A stretch of DNA of 64,000 nt from Cyanophora paradoxa CCMP329 (lineage: Eukaryota > Plantae > Glaucophyta), in the NCBI GenBank assembly GCA_004431415.1, contig QPMI01000412.1, positions 1 through 64,000 of the forward strand, read 5' to 3'. The stretch's first letter is position 1. Every line of letters starts with the position of its first letter. Made by a program: the position numbers and the translations under genes. Shown here piece after piece: positions 51,080 through 63,000 of this stretch. The notes under the pieces were generated by a model that was not told the origin of the DNA, searched no databases, and saw nothing but the letters and a program-made list of their open reading frames with translations.

Positions 51080-54000
51080 GGGGAGGGGGGCGCACGCGCT
51101 CCCGACCCAGCCGGTGCTCACGCCGGCGCCGCGGACGGGGCGGGGACCAGCGCGGGGGAGGGAGCTCCGGCGGGGCGGCGGCGGCTGGATCGGACGGGGA
51201 GAGGGCCGCGGGCCACCGGGGGGGGCGCCCTCGGGCGGCTCGGGCCCGAGCGGGGCGAGCGAGGGCGGCGGCGCGGCGAGGCGGCGGACCTCGGGCGGCG
51301 GGCGCGGGGCCGCCGCGGGGCCGGCGGCGGCCTCGGCGGGGCGCCGCCGGGGCCGGCGCCGGCCTCGCCCTCGGCGAACGCGGCGGGGCGGGCCGCCTGC
51401 GCCACGATGCCGGCGTGGCGGCCTCTGACAAGGGCCGCCTCGCCCGCCCGCAGCGGCGCCCCGTACACGCGCGGCCGCCCGTCGCCGCTGCCGCCGTCGC
51501 CGCGGCCCGCGCGGCCCCAGCCGGAGGCGCGCGCCTGCGAGCGAGCGAGCGGGCGGAGTTACAATCGCGGGGCGGGGAACGGTTAGACGAACGGGCGCGG
51601 CGCAGGCGCACGTGCAGAGGGCCGCGGCGGCGGCGCGGATGTAGGGGGCCAGCCTGCGCAGCTTCTCCTGCGGGAGCCCTTCAGTCGGCGCCGCGCGGGG
51701 AGGGGCGGGGCGGCAGAGGGTGCCCGCCTCCTCTGTAGGGAGCCCCCGGCCCGAGGGCGATGCAGCGGCCGCGGCCTCGTCGCTGGGCGCGGGCCCCGCG
51801 GGGCGGGGCGCCGGGCCGTCGGAGCCAGAGGGCGGGGCGGGGCCGGAGGGTCCGGAGGCGGCGGGGGCGCGGGGCGGGTCGCTGGTCTCAGGCGACGAGC
51901 CGCGCTCCTCGTCGCTCTCGTCGGCAGCGGGCGGCGGGGCGCGGGGCGGGCGGCGGGGCGGCGGGCGGCGGGGGCGGCGGCGGGGAGGGTACGGGGCGCG
52001 GGGCGGTGCGGGAGGGCCCCGCGGGCGGCGAGCCGACGACAAGAGCGTCGGGCGCGGCGGCGCGACGGCGGCAGAGGCGGCGGAGGAGCGGCGGGGTGGA
52101 GGATGGGCGGGCTGCCGACGAGGGGGCGCGAGGAGGCCGGGCCGCGCGGGGCCGGCCCCGGGCGGAGCGGCATGGCGATGGGCGCCGAGGCGGGGAGGGA
52201 GGGGGAGCGATCGGCTGGGTCGAGGGAGCGCAGGGAGGCCAGCGCGGGCGAGAAGCCGGCCGGCGTGGCGCCCGCGGCCGACTCGGACGGGCGCCGCTGC
52301 TCCGCCGGCGAAGCCGACGCCTGCAAAGCGGTCAGGCGGGCGGGGGGGCGGGCGAGTCATGCGAGGAAGGGACGAGGCGCACGGCGGCGGCGGCGGCGGC
52401 GACGGCGCGGGCGAAGGCCTCTCGGGAGACCTGTGCGGACGACGCGTGAGGGGCGAGGAGCAAATAAAGGGGAGGGCAGAAGGGAAAGAGCAGCACGGGG
52501 GGCGGTAGGGAGGCGAGGATCGCCTCGGGGCTCTCGAGGCGGGGCGGCTCGCGCGCGAGGACGGGCCGCAGGACGGGCAGCAGGCCGCAAAATGCGTCGG
52601 CGGGGCCGAGGCGCGCCGCCGCCGTCGCGAGGAGGCGGGCGGCCTCGCGGCGGACGGTGAGGCCCGGATGGAGGAGGAGGGGCGCCGCCCGCGGGGCGAC
52701 CTCGGTGCAGAGCGGGGCGGGGCGGACGAGCTCGAGGCGGCAGAGGGCGGCGAGGGCGGCGAGGGCGGCCGCCAGGAGCCCCTCCTCCGCGTCCTGGAAG
52801 GCCTGCGGGGGTATAAAACTCGGATCGAATTTGATCTCGTGAGGGCGCTCGGGGCGGGCGGGGGGGCGGGCCTGGAGGATGCAGGGGAGGAGGAACTCGT
52901 GGAGGGCCGCCGGGCCCAAGAAGCACGCCATCCCCTGCGCCGCCCGGAAGAAGCCCCGCCGCAGCTGCCAGACCGGCTCAGATCAGATCGGATCGGATCA
53001 GATCAGATCTGAGGGGGCGCGCCTGGGGGTCGCGGTCGTTGAGGGTGGAGATGAGGAGCGGGAGGGCGACGTTGGCGGCCCGCTCGCGCCCCAGCATCAC
53101 GCACAGCCGGTCCATCTCCTGCAGGCGACGCCGCGTGGGAAGCGTAAGGACGGCGGGGCATGCTGGGGGCGGGCGGGCTCACGGCAAGGAGGACGGTGCG
53201 GACGGCGCTGGGCGCGTCCCGCGACATCATGTCCATCACCAGCCTACGCGGGGGCGAAGGAAGCGGCCCTCAGCAGGAAGCTCGAGCCTAGGCTAAAGCA
53301 GGGCGGGGCCGCTCGCACCGCGAGAAGGCTTCCTGCAGCCCGTGGAGCTCCGAGTCGTACGAGAGGGGCGGGGGGGCCGGCGCCGGCCCCGCCCCCGCCG
53401 GCGACTCGGGGGCGGCCGCGGGGAGACTGGTCCGTGGGGGCGGGCTCCCGGCCGGCGAGGCGAGCGGGGCTAGGGAAGGCGCCCTTGCCATGGCCCCTGC
53501 GGCGGCGGCGGCGGCGCGTTGCCGGGCGAGCTGCGCGGGCGCTAAGATACAGAGGCGCCAAGGGCGCTAAGAGCGCTAAAAGGGCGGGGCCGCACGAGGG
53601 AGGTGTCGAGGAAGCGGCGGGCGGTGTCGGCGAGGTCTGCCAGCCTCGCCGCGTACTCCACCCGCACCAGCTGGAGGGGGGGTGGGCGGGGCGAAGGGGG
53701 GGAGAGGGTGGGGGAGGGGGGTACGGCACCTCGTCGGGGTCGGCGGCGAGGGAGGAGAGGGCGGGTAGGACGTACTCGGCGAAGAGGGGCCCCTCCCCTT
53801 CCGGCACCGCCCCCACCGCCCCCAGCTGGTTCCCGCCGAGCTCAGCTGGGGCGGGGCGGGATGGGGGCGGGAGGGGCGGGGTGGGGCGGACGAGGGCGGT
53901 GAGGGTGCGGAGGGCGGCGGCGCGGACGCGGGGCGCGGCGTCGGTGAGGGCCGTCGCGGCGAAGGGCACGAGCCGCTGGAGCCGGACCTCGTCCTCCACC

Positions 54001-55864
54001 GCCGGCGAGATCTGAGGCCGGCTCAGATCAGATCAGATCAGATCAGATCAGATCGGCGGGTGGAGCGGGGCGGGGCCGGCGCTCGCGCGCCTGGAGCATA
54101 AGGTCGAGGGCGCGCAGCTTCGACTCGGGCAGGCGCAGGCTCCGGAAGGCGGCGCAGAGGGCCCCGGCGAGGATCGCCGCCGGCGTGCCCCGCGCCGGGC
54201 CCGGGCCCGGCTCCCCGGCCCCCGGCTGAGGCAGAAGCAGCGACCCGTTGCCCGGCCGCGGCGGCGTGGCGGGGACTCGGGGGGCGAAGGCCGCGGGGCC
54301 TCCCCGGGGCTCAGGGACGACGGGCCGGGCGCGGGGCCGTGGGAGGGCGTGGAGGGGCCGGGCGAGGCGAGCGCCGGCGGCGGCGGCGGGCCGCCCGGCG
54401 GCGGGCTCCGCACGCCGGCCTGCGCAGAAGGGTGAGGGGCGAAGGGGCGGGGCGGGGGGCGCGGGGGGCGGGAGGCGCGGACCGGGGCGAGGCGAGGGCG
54501 GCGCGCCAGCGCTCGAAGTCGCGGGCGAGGGCGCGCACCTCCTCCGCGAGGGCGGCCGGCGCGGCGGCGCGGGCGGCGCGCGAGGAGGGCGGCGGGGGCG
54601 GCGGCGGCGGCGGGGGCCACTCGGCGGCCCCTCCAGCGCGAGGAGGTCCGGCAGGGCGCGGGCGAGGGCCGCCACGCGCGAGTCCGGGTCCAGGGGCGGA
54701 GCCCCGCGAGGAAGGCGTGGAGGCGCGGGAAGCAGGGCGGGAAGGCGCCGCCGGCGCCCTCCACGGCCCCCGGGAGGAGGTAGGCGGCGGCGGGGAGGCG
54801 CGCGGCGGGGTCGCGCTGCGTCATATGCGCGACGAGGGCGCGCAGGGGCGCGTCGGGGATGCGGGCGAGGGCGGGGCCGGGCCCGGGGCCCTCGCCGCGG
54901 CGGTAGCGGAGGAGCGCGCCGAGGTCGAAGAGGGGCGCCCCGTCGAGCAGCAGCTCCGCCAGCGCACAGCCGGCCCCGAAGACGTCCATCGCCGGCGTCA
55001 GCGCCGCCGCCCCCGCGGACGCTGCCGGGGCCGTGGAGGGCGAGGGGGAGGGCGAGGGAGAGGGGGAGGAGGGGGAGGGGGAGGCGGGGGCGTGCGGGGC
55101 GGGGAGGAATCGCTCCGGGGCGAGGCAGCAGCGGCGGGAGCCGGCGGCGTCGAAGAAGAAGGAGAAGTCGGAGGGCGGGTCCTCGGGCAGCAGCGCCGGC
55201 TTGTAGGGCGCCGCGTCCGCCAGCACGACCCAGTCCCACGTCGTCAGGAGCACGTTCTCGGGCTTGACGTCCCCGTGGCACACGCCCCGCCCGTGCATCT
55301 GCTCCAGCGCCGAGAGCAGCTGGAACGCGATCCAGCGCTTCTCCAGCGGCAGCAGGAACGGCCGCGTCCTGCCCGCACACGGTTGGCCGCGGCGCGGCGG
55401 GGCGCGGTGGGGCAGCGGGCGGGAGGGCGGGCGGGCGGTGCGGACACGAGGCGGTCGCGCAGGTTGCAGGCGAAGTGCTGCCGGAAGAGGTACGCCGCCT
55501 TGTCCGTCTCCACGGTCCGCTGGAATGGCATCACGTTCGGGCACTCGTCCAGCGGCAGCAGCCTCTTGATCTCTGCGCGCCCGCGCCGCCCCGTCGGCCT
55601 CGCGCTCCGGCCCGGCCCGGCCCCGTACGCGCGGCGGGCCGCACGCGCACCGCTGAGGCGCTCCTGGTGCGGGCGGAGCGGGGTGGCGTCGCGCTTCGCG
55701 TACACCTTCACGACGACGTGGCCCTCGTCGTGGATCGCCTCGATCGTCTTCATGAAGCGGCTGCCCCCGAGGTGGTCGACGAAGGTGAGGCCGGTCATGC
55801 CGAGCAGGTGCACGTCGCCCTGCGCCGCCATCGCCGGCGCGGAGACGCTCGTTGCCGCCCCCAT
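48552..55864 (-). CDS. VPS15: Phosphoinositide 3-kinase regulatory subunit 4 (VPS15), full length, multi-exon
   Basis: MG start at 55864, kinase-like domain, HEAT repeats, WD40 exons (FATASDDGTCKLWD; LLGGTHRGALLLWDLRF) and the characteristic end HHGDAVLDV..LLSASRDGAIKVWK*. A few apparent frameshifts lie in G/C runs. Confidence 0.9.
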
Positions 55865-58630
55865 CGCGCCGCGCTTGCGACTGCGCGCCCGCGCTCGCGC
55901 CCGCTGGGCCGCTCGAGCTTTTGGGGTCACACGACCGCGCGCCTGCTCCGCGGCTCAGGAGCGAGCCCGTGCCGCTCTTCTCTACTGACGAGCTCCTCGA
56001 GCGCGAGAGGGGCGGAGATGCGAGGACACCCGACTTGAGCGGCCTGCGAACGAAGCGTGGCCCTCTACCCATCCCTGTGTTTCGGGCCTTTCGGCCAGCC
56101 GCGCCCCGGGCCCGCCATGCTCGCCGCTGGAAACGGCGCGGTCTTTGTAGCGCCTTTAGCGAGCTGGTCGCAAGGCATCGCGGAGAGAGCCGAAAGCGCG
56201 GATAGCCTTGCGCTGCGTTGGCCTCGGCGGCGCGTCGACGTCGCGGCGTTCTGGGGATTGCGGGATTTAAAGCAGCGTCGCTCTGGGGCGACAGTCTTAT
56301 GGAGCGTGCGGCCGCGGCCGCAGAGAGTCAGCGTGGCCACGCGTTTTGTCTCAGCTGCAGAGAAGCAGCCGCAGACGCGTACGCCTGCAGCCCATCATCA
56401 CGCGGGCGGCGATTCTGTTACGATCCAGCAGGATACCGATCGCGAAAGCGCAATCTCGAGGTGCGGCGATTGCGCGCATGCGCACGCGCCACCGATATCT
56501 TCGATTCTCGCACGCGCCGAGTCGTCATGATCATGCAGACTCTGACGAAGCCTCGAGCAGCTGGACTCCAAAACCTCCTACGCCTCGAGCTCGCCATGAA
56601 GGAGCTCGCCTCGATCGCGACCAAGGTTTGCAGAGGGCTTATAATTAGTTCGAGGAATTCAAATTAAATCGCGCGCAAGAGATTTATTCGCGCGCCAGTG
56701 AACTGCCGTGGCCTGTGCTCGAACTCATCTTTCTGACGCGCAGATCTAGATACGCGCCCACGTGCTTCTCGAGCGGCGGCGGCGGCTGCAGGCCTAGGGG
56801 CCGCGACGGCGTTTCTCGCGGCTTTCGTACACTTCGAGCGGCCTGCCGCCGCGGCGAGCGGCAGCGAAGGTGCCGGCAGCTTCTCTAGATCTTAAGCTTG
56901 CATCTAAAATCCACGTCCGCGCGCGGCTGATTCCAAAGCAGTTGCGGGCCTTGCGGCTGCCCGCGCGCCGGAGCTTCTCGAGCGGGCCGCATCGTCCGCA
57001 GCTGCAATCGCAACTGCCATTCAGCAACCCGCCTTCTACGCTTTTGCACTCGGTGCGCGGAACCCGCGCACCCTCATGATCAAGCACGGCGGGCTTTCCT
57101 TGAATTCAAAGGCTTAAGCTCGGCCTAAGTCGGATTTCGCGCGCAGCTCTCGGTTTTCTGGCGGGATTCTGGGTCGCGAAACGCTTGAGGTGGCCTTGGC
57201 CCTCCATACCCCCCGCCGCTCGCGCACTGGAGGTGAGGGCGATCGAATTTCAAATCGGATCGAAGTTTGTGACAGCTCCGTTTGTCCGCGCAGGAGCTGC
57301 AGAAACTGCGGCACGAGCCGGGGTACACTGGAGAGCTCTGCGCGATCTGCTTCGATCCGGTCTCGCGCCCCTCGGACGGGTACCTCTTCTGCGGGCACAA
57401 GTGCGGTCGTTCCCGCGCATCGTTTTATGGATCAGATTGTGCTTTATTTACTCGGAATCGCACTTGCGCAGCTTCCACAAGAAGTGCCTGGAGCGCCGGC
57501 GGGCGGGAGGCGCGGCGGAGATCTGCCCCGTCTGCGGTCCGTGCGGCGCGCGCGCGCCTTAGACGCGCGAAAAATCGCTCACTATGGTTGCAGAGGGCCT
57601 CTCGGGGGGCGAGGGGCCGTACCTGAGTCTCTCCCTGCGCCGCATTCGGGTGCCCCATCCCCGCCCTTTCGTATCGCCCCCAGGCCTCACGCGGCGGGCG
57701 GGGCGGCCGCGGGCGGGGCGGGCAGGCGCGGTGGCGGGAGGTGGGCCCCGAGTGTGAGGCTGCGTTCCGCGCCGCCGCGAGCCCCGTCCTCTACGACCCC
57801 GAGGTCAGCGCCGGAGGCGGCGGCGGCGGCGCGGGCCCGGGCCTTAGCATTCGGTCCGACATTTGGGCGCGCGCGCAGGCCGACCTGGCGCTCGAGGGCC
57901 GCTCCGGGGCCGGCGCAGAAGCGGAAGGGACCCGGCCTCATCCGCTCTCTCCGGCCCTCCCCTCCGCCGGCGCCGGCACTAGTACTGCCGAGTCGGAGTC
58001 GAAGGCTGCAGCTGCGGCGCCGAGCGCGGCGGACGTCCTTGATCCCCCCGTCGTCGGTTCCCCGCGGCCGGCCACCCCCGCGGCGCCGAAAGCTGCAGCT
58101 GCGCATGCGGGGCTGAAAGCGGCGGACGATCGCCGTGGGCCCGTCGTCGGCTCGAGCTCCCCGCGGCGCGGCCGGCGATATCGCAGCGAGCTGGCGCGAG
58201 ATGCGGCCGCCCCGTCCGCCCCCGCCGCCACGCCTGCTCCGGGTCCCGCCGAGCCGTCGAACTGGGACCTCGTCCGCGGCGAGGCCGGCCAGCGGCTCGC
58301 GAGCCTCAAGCACGCGCCCCTGTCCCTCATCCTCGTGCTCCAGCTCCTCGGCGTCCTCGCGGCGTACTGCGCGCTCGCCGGCGCTGCCTTCGGGGCCCTC
58401 TCTCTCGCCAACGCGCTCCTCTTTGGCTGGCGGTGGCCGGCCCTGGGTCCCGCCACGCTCCTGGCCGTGGTCCAAACTTTGGTGCTCGCCTACGTCCTCA
58501 TGCCGGTCATGGAGCACGCGATTTTGTGGACCAAGGGCGCCTTCGAGCGGCAGCTCGGCTGGTGGGAGCGCACCCTCGGGCCGGCATTCTTTGGGGCCGG
58601 CGTGCGCGAATCCTACGAGCGAAACGGGGG
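52103..58630. repeat. Inverted duplication partner of ~36990-43583
   Basis: Reverse-complement colinearity across the VPS15 5' half, the hypothetical gene and the RING gene. Confidence 0.88.
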
Positions 58631-58727
58631 GATCCAGCTCGTCGTAGGCTTCGCGATAACATTAACACTCTTGCTTACTCTTGATTTGATTGTTGCAATG
58701 GTCAGCGTAGTTGCTCTGTTTTCCTAG
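57185..58727 (+). CDS. RING-H2/TM protein, copy 3 (start ATG appears changed to AGG, exon 1 shortened)
   Basis: ttgAGGtggccttggccc here versus ATGtggccctggccc in copies 1 and 2. RING exons are intact; the TM tail is the most divergent of the three. Confidence 0.65.
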
Positions 58728-58789
58728 ACTTTTTGTTAGCTCTGTACGTCTGCGATCGGGCGCTTGGAATTTTCATGAGCCGCAATTTT

Positions 58790-58890
58790 CTTTTTTGTTT
58801 TTGAGAGACTACGTTTACGGTGGGGCGAACCCCCCGTCACGGCGTAGGTAGTGATATTGGGGCGAACCCCCCGTAGGCAGTGATATTAAT
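58790..58890 (-). mobile_element. Short 3' end of the LINE-like family with a duplicated hairpin half
   Basis: T-run then gagagactacg..ggggcgaacccccc..gtaggtagtgatatt ggggcgaaccccccgtaggcagtgatatt. Confidence 0.75.
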
Positions 58891-59034
58891 ATTAATGATA
58901 ACAGGATAACAAGCCCGAATTTTCATGAGCGAGTTTTCATCATATCATAGTAGTATAATTATTCGATTCATGTCGCCTTTCCGAAGTTCTCTCATGATCA
59001 TGATCATGATCGGATCGGATTTGATTTGATACCG

Positions 59035-59631
59035 GCGACTCTCGTACGACTCGGAGCTGCACTGATCAAGAAGCCTGAAAGCTTCTCAGAGTCCGACGGT
59101 CTTGCGGTGCGAGCGGCCGCCGGGCCCCGCCAGGCTTCATGATCAGCCTTTAGCTAGGCTCGAGCGTCCCCTTAAATGCCCCGGCCGCTTCCCCGCTCGC
59201 TCACTGACTCAGTGAGTCGACGTCACCCGCCCCCGCCCTCTGCGGCAGGCTGATGCACGCGCCCAGCGCCGTCCGCACCGTCCTCCTCGCCGTCACACAC
59301 GGCGTGAGCACAGCACGCCCCCAGCTGCAGCATGCCCCGCTGTCCTTAAGCTTCCCACGCGGCGTCGCCTGCAGGAGATGGACCGCCTGTGCGTGATGCT
59401 GGGGCCCGGGGCGGGCCGGGGAGCGGGGCGCCAGCGTCGCCCTCCCCCTCCTCATCTCCACCCTCAACGATCGCGACCCCCGGGCCCCAGGCCCGCCCCC
59501 TCAGATCTGATCCGATCTGATCTGATCTGAGCCGGTCCGGTGCGGCAGCTGCGGCCGCGGGCGGGGCTTCTTCCGGGCGGCGCAGGGGATGGCGTGCTTC
59601 CTGAGCCCGACCGCCCTCCACGAGTTCCTCC
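59035..59631 (+). pseudogene. VPS15: Degenerate internal VPS15 fragment (HEAT-region exons and introns)
   Basis: Matches ~42290-42792 (SYDSELH, APSAVRTVLLA, EMDRLCVML, LLISTLNDRDP, GFFRAAQGMACFL..ALHEFL) with many indels. Confidence 0.8.
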
Positions 59632-60099
59632 TAGCTATAGGCCTCCTATATATGCATCCTCCGGATCCCGGAGTAACAGACGTACACGCCGACAGCGCTG
59701 CCGTCAGGCGCCGGCGGTCCGGATCAACCCGCGAGGCCCGGCGAGGCGCCGGCGCGGATCCGGATTTGGCTGGCGGCGCCCGGCGCGTCTCCGTACTTAC
59801 GTACAGTCCGTAACAGTCCGATACAGTCGCTCAACCGGGGTACGAATTAAAGTGGCATTGACGTCTAGTGTAGCTATAGGGGCACATGATAGCTTTCCGC
59901 GCCTAGCGGCCCAGGAGGCCAGTCGGTAGTCAGCAGTGCGCTCAATTGCAACGGCATAAACCCACGCCTCCGGCCGCCAGCTGTGCGGTGCTGTATGCAC
60001 TGCATCAATGCAGAGCCGTGAGCGCGAACTGATGGTCCGCGTGCGCAGAGAGATGGCAAATGCACAAATAGCTTAGACAGGAGCGCGTGTGGCTGTGCC

Positions 60100-63000
60100 G
60101 AGTCGCTGTGCCGAGTTGCTGTGCCGTGCCGAGTCGGGGCATCCTGTCAGCGCGGTTAGCGGCGAGGGAGGCCGTGCAGCTCAACCAGCGCTGCAGCCAT
60201 GGCGGTCTCAGCGGCAACAAGAGGAGCTCAGCGATGTGGGCTTACCTTCTGCGTCGTGCAGCGGAGAGCGCAGAACCTTTCCTCGCGTGCGCCTGCGCGA
60301 AAGCCAGGCCGCACGTCGTCCGCGACGCCTTCGTCTGATTATTGAAGCGCTTCTGCGCAGCCTTCATCAATGCACCGTACGATCCGCTTCCGGATGGGAG
60401 CGGTTTCCGCTACTCGCTGCTCACGACGAGGCAGTACAAACTGCGGTGAGATCCAAAGCCTCTGTGCATCCGACCGACTTGCGCTTGACGCGCTTGATTG
60501 CAGGCTGGTGGCCCGCGACCCAGAGGCGTGTGCAGCCTGGCAGGGAGCTACGCTGCGGGTCTCCTTGGCTTTCGCAGACACGGGAGAGGTTGTGCTTACA
60601 GCTGCAGGCCGCCCGGACCGCTGTGCGTTCGAACCATCAACATTCACTGAAGCGGACTCTCTGAACTTGCCCTCGCTCGCAGACGGGAAGCGCAGGAAGT
60701 CTCTAACAGGTCGGCTCGAAGGGCCCTCGCACTCGCTCGCTCGCGCCCGTGCCGTCCCATTCGAATCTCGTGCACCGCGCATCGCAGGCGGCGATCGAGC
60801 CGCGGGCGAGCCGGGGGCACCGATGCTGTCGGACCCCAGCGCTCCGCCGCTCCTTGCCTACCACGATTTGATCTCGCAGGACCCGCGGGCGACGGGGCAG
60901 GGCCCACCCCCCTCGCGCGGGCCGATCCCCTGCCGCGAGGCGCGCGCGCCGCCCGCTCCCCAGCCGCCCCGTACCCCTCCACGCCTCCGAGCGCGGCCGT
61001 AGGTCCTGCTCCGCATCGGACCCAACGGCGAAACCATCGGCACGTTCGGCCTGCTCGCCTCTTCGGTGCCCGCCGCCGCCTCCCACGCACGCCGCTCCCA
61101 CGCTCAGCGCCCAGCGCCCAGTTCCGGCACGACCGGCGCTCCTTCGCGCTTCGTATCGCTGTGGACAAGAACACCGGCGGGCCGCCCCGCTTCGTCGACC
61201 TGGAGGAGCGCCTGGTGGTCTCCACGCTGGCCAGGAAGCCACGTGCGCCGCGCAGCTTGCGGGCCGCGTATTGATTGTATCCCTCGGCGCTCATCCGCCG
61301 CGCCCGCCCGCCGCGCCCGCCGCCCGCAGGAGGCCGCAGCGATTCGGTCGCCGCCGCCTCGGAGATCGACGACAGCGCTTCCGCCGCAGGAGAGGAGGAG
61401 GATGAGGATGAGGATGAGGATGAGGATCGTGTGGGCGCGCCCCGCCCGATTCCAGCGCCGCCGCGCCCTCTTCCCCCGCCCGCCCTACGCCTGACTCTCG
61501 CCTCCGGTCGGTCTCTTTGTCCAGGGAGGCCAGCAAGCGTGTGCTCCTCGGCGGCCGGCGGCGGCGGCGGGAAGCGCGGCCGCCGCCCCAGCGTGCAACC
61601 GGTTCACTCCAAGTGCGCATCGCTCGCCTGCGCCCCGGCGCGTCGCCCGCGCTGTTCCGACGGGATGCGCGTGCCCGCAGGCAGGAGCCGGCGCCCCCTC
61701 CGGCCTTCCCGCCGCCCCCGCCGCTGCTCTCGGCCCCCACGTTCGGCCCCGCCTTGTCCTTCGGGGTCGGCGCACCGTACCCCTGGCCCCCCGCTTCCCT
61801 CTACCCCGGTTCCTTCTCCTCTTCCCCCCCCCCCGCACCTCCCCGGCGGCATCTCCGGTCTCGCGGACCTCGCCCATTTCGGCGCCGTACCCCCCTCGCC
61901 GGCGACCTCTCCCTCGTACGCGTCCCCGGGTACGGCGACGATCGGCGTTTCCAGCGGGGGCGTCTCATCTGAGGACGCTTCCCCGAACACAAGCGAAGGG
62001 GTACGCAGGCTCCCCCGGCCGGCCGGCCGGCCGGCCCGCGGCGCTGAGGTACGGCAATTTTGACGCGGGGGGTACACCGCAGGATTTCGAGGGCGCCTTG
62101 GACCGCCTCTGCCTGTGCGCGGCCCCGAAAGTCTCTCCGCCCTGCCGCCCGCCTCACGCGGTCCTCGCCGCAGGGAGGACCGCGCCGCCGCCCCTGACCC
62201 GGACGCCATCATAGATCTCGAGGACTTCGAAAAGGTGCGCTACCCCCCCGCGTCGCCCTTTGCCCCCCCCCCCGCCCCGCCCCCCCCCGCCGCCCCCCCC
62301 CCCCCCCCCCCCCGCCCCCCCGCCCCCGTCGTGACCTCGCGCCAGGCGCCCTACCACGCGACGCGGCCAGGGCGCTTCTCGAAGGCGAGCCGTACCCCCT
62401 ACCCCTCCCCTCCCCCTCTCCTTCCTTCCCTTCACCCCCTCTCCGCTTTTCGCGCGCGGGGCTCGTTCACCCTGACGTTTCGCGTACCCCAGATCTTCCA
62501 TGAGATGGAGCTGCAGCTGGGCAGGATCGTGTACACCTGCGAGCCCGACGATCAAGCCGAGCCCCTGTACCCCTCCCCCTTCCCCGTCGAAGCGTGCCCG
62601 CGCCATCTCACGCCTCGCTTCCGGCGTAGACCCCTCTCTGTACCCAAGCCGGCCCCCGCCTGGATTCCCGTCCCGATCGTCCAGCTGGATCCCTCGCCCC
62701 TATCCGCCGCTGTGCGCCTCTTCCCGTCCCTCTGCCCGCCCGCCCGCCCGCTGGCCGGCCGGCCTCACCCCGTCGCCAGGCCTTCCTGCGCCCGCCTAAT
62801 GCCGAGGCTGACGCCGTGCTCTCCCGGGTACGGTGGACGCCAGCGCGCCGCCCGCCCGCGCCGCCTCACTGCTCCCCTCGGCCCAGCTCCAAGCTGCGTA
62901 CCGCTCTCCGGACGCCCTGAGCACCCCCCACGGCCTCGCCGCCCTCGCCTCGGTGCGCCATCCCCGCCCCGCGCCCCTGTACCCCCCCCTGACCCGAACC

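Noticed and set aside
51040-51090. Long poly-G tract (similar G/C runs at ~8550, ~9640 and ~62290) as a G-quadruplex element
   Set aside because: These are homopolymer runs within or near Pro-rich coding or repeat DNA; their lengths are unreliable and they are common throughout the window.
39600-56100. Many long Arg/Gly/Pro/Ala-rich ORFs (up to 674 aa)
   Set aside because: They are shadow or intron read-through frames of the very GC-rich VPS15 copies.
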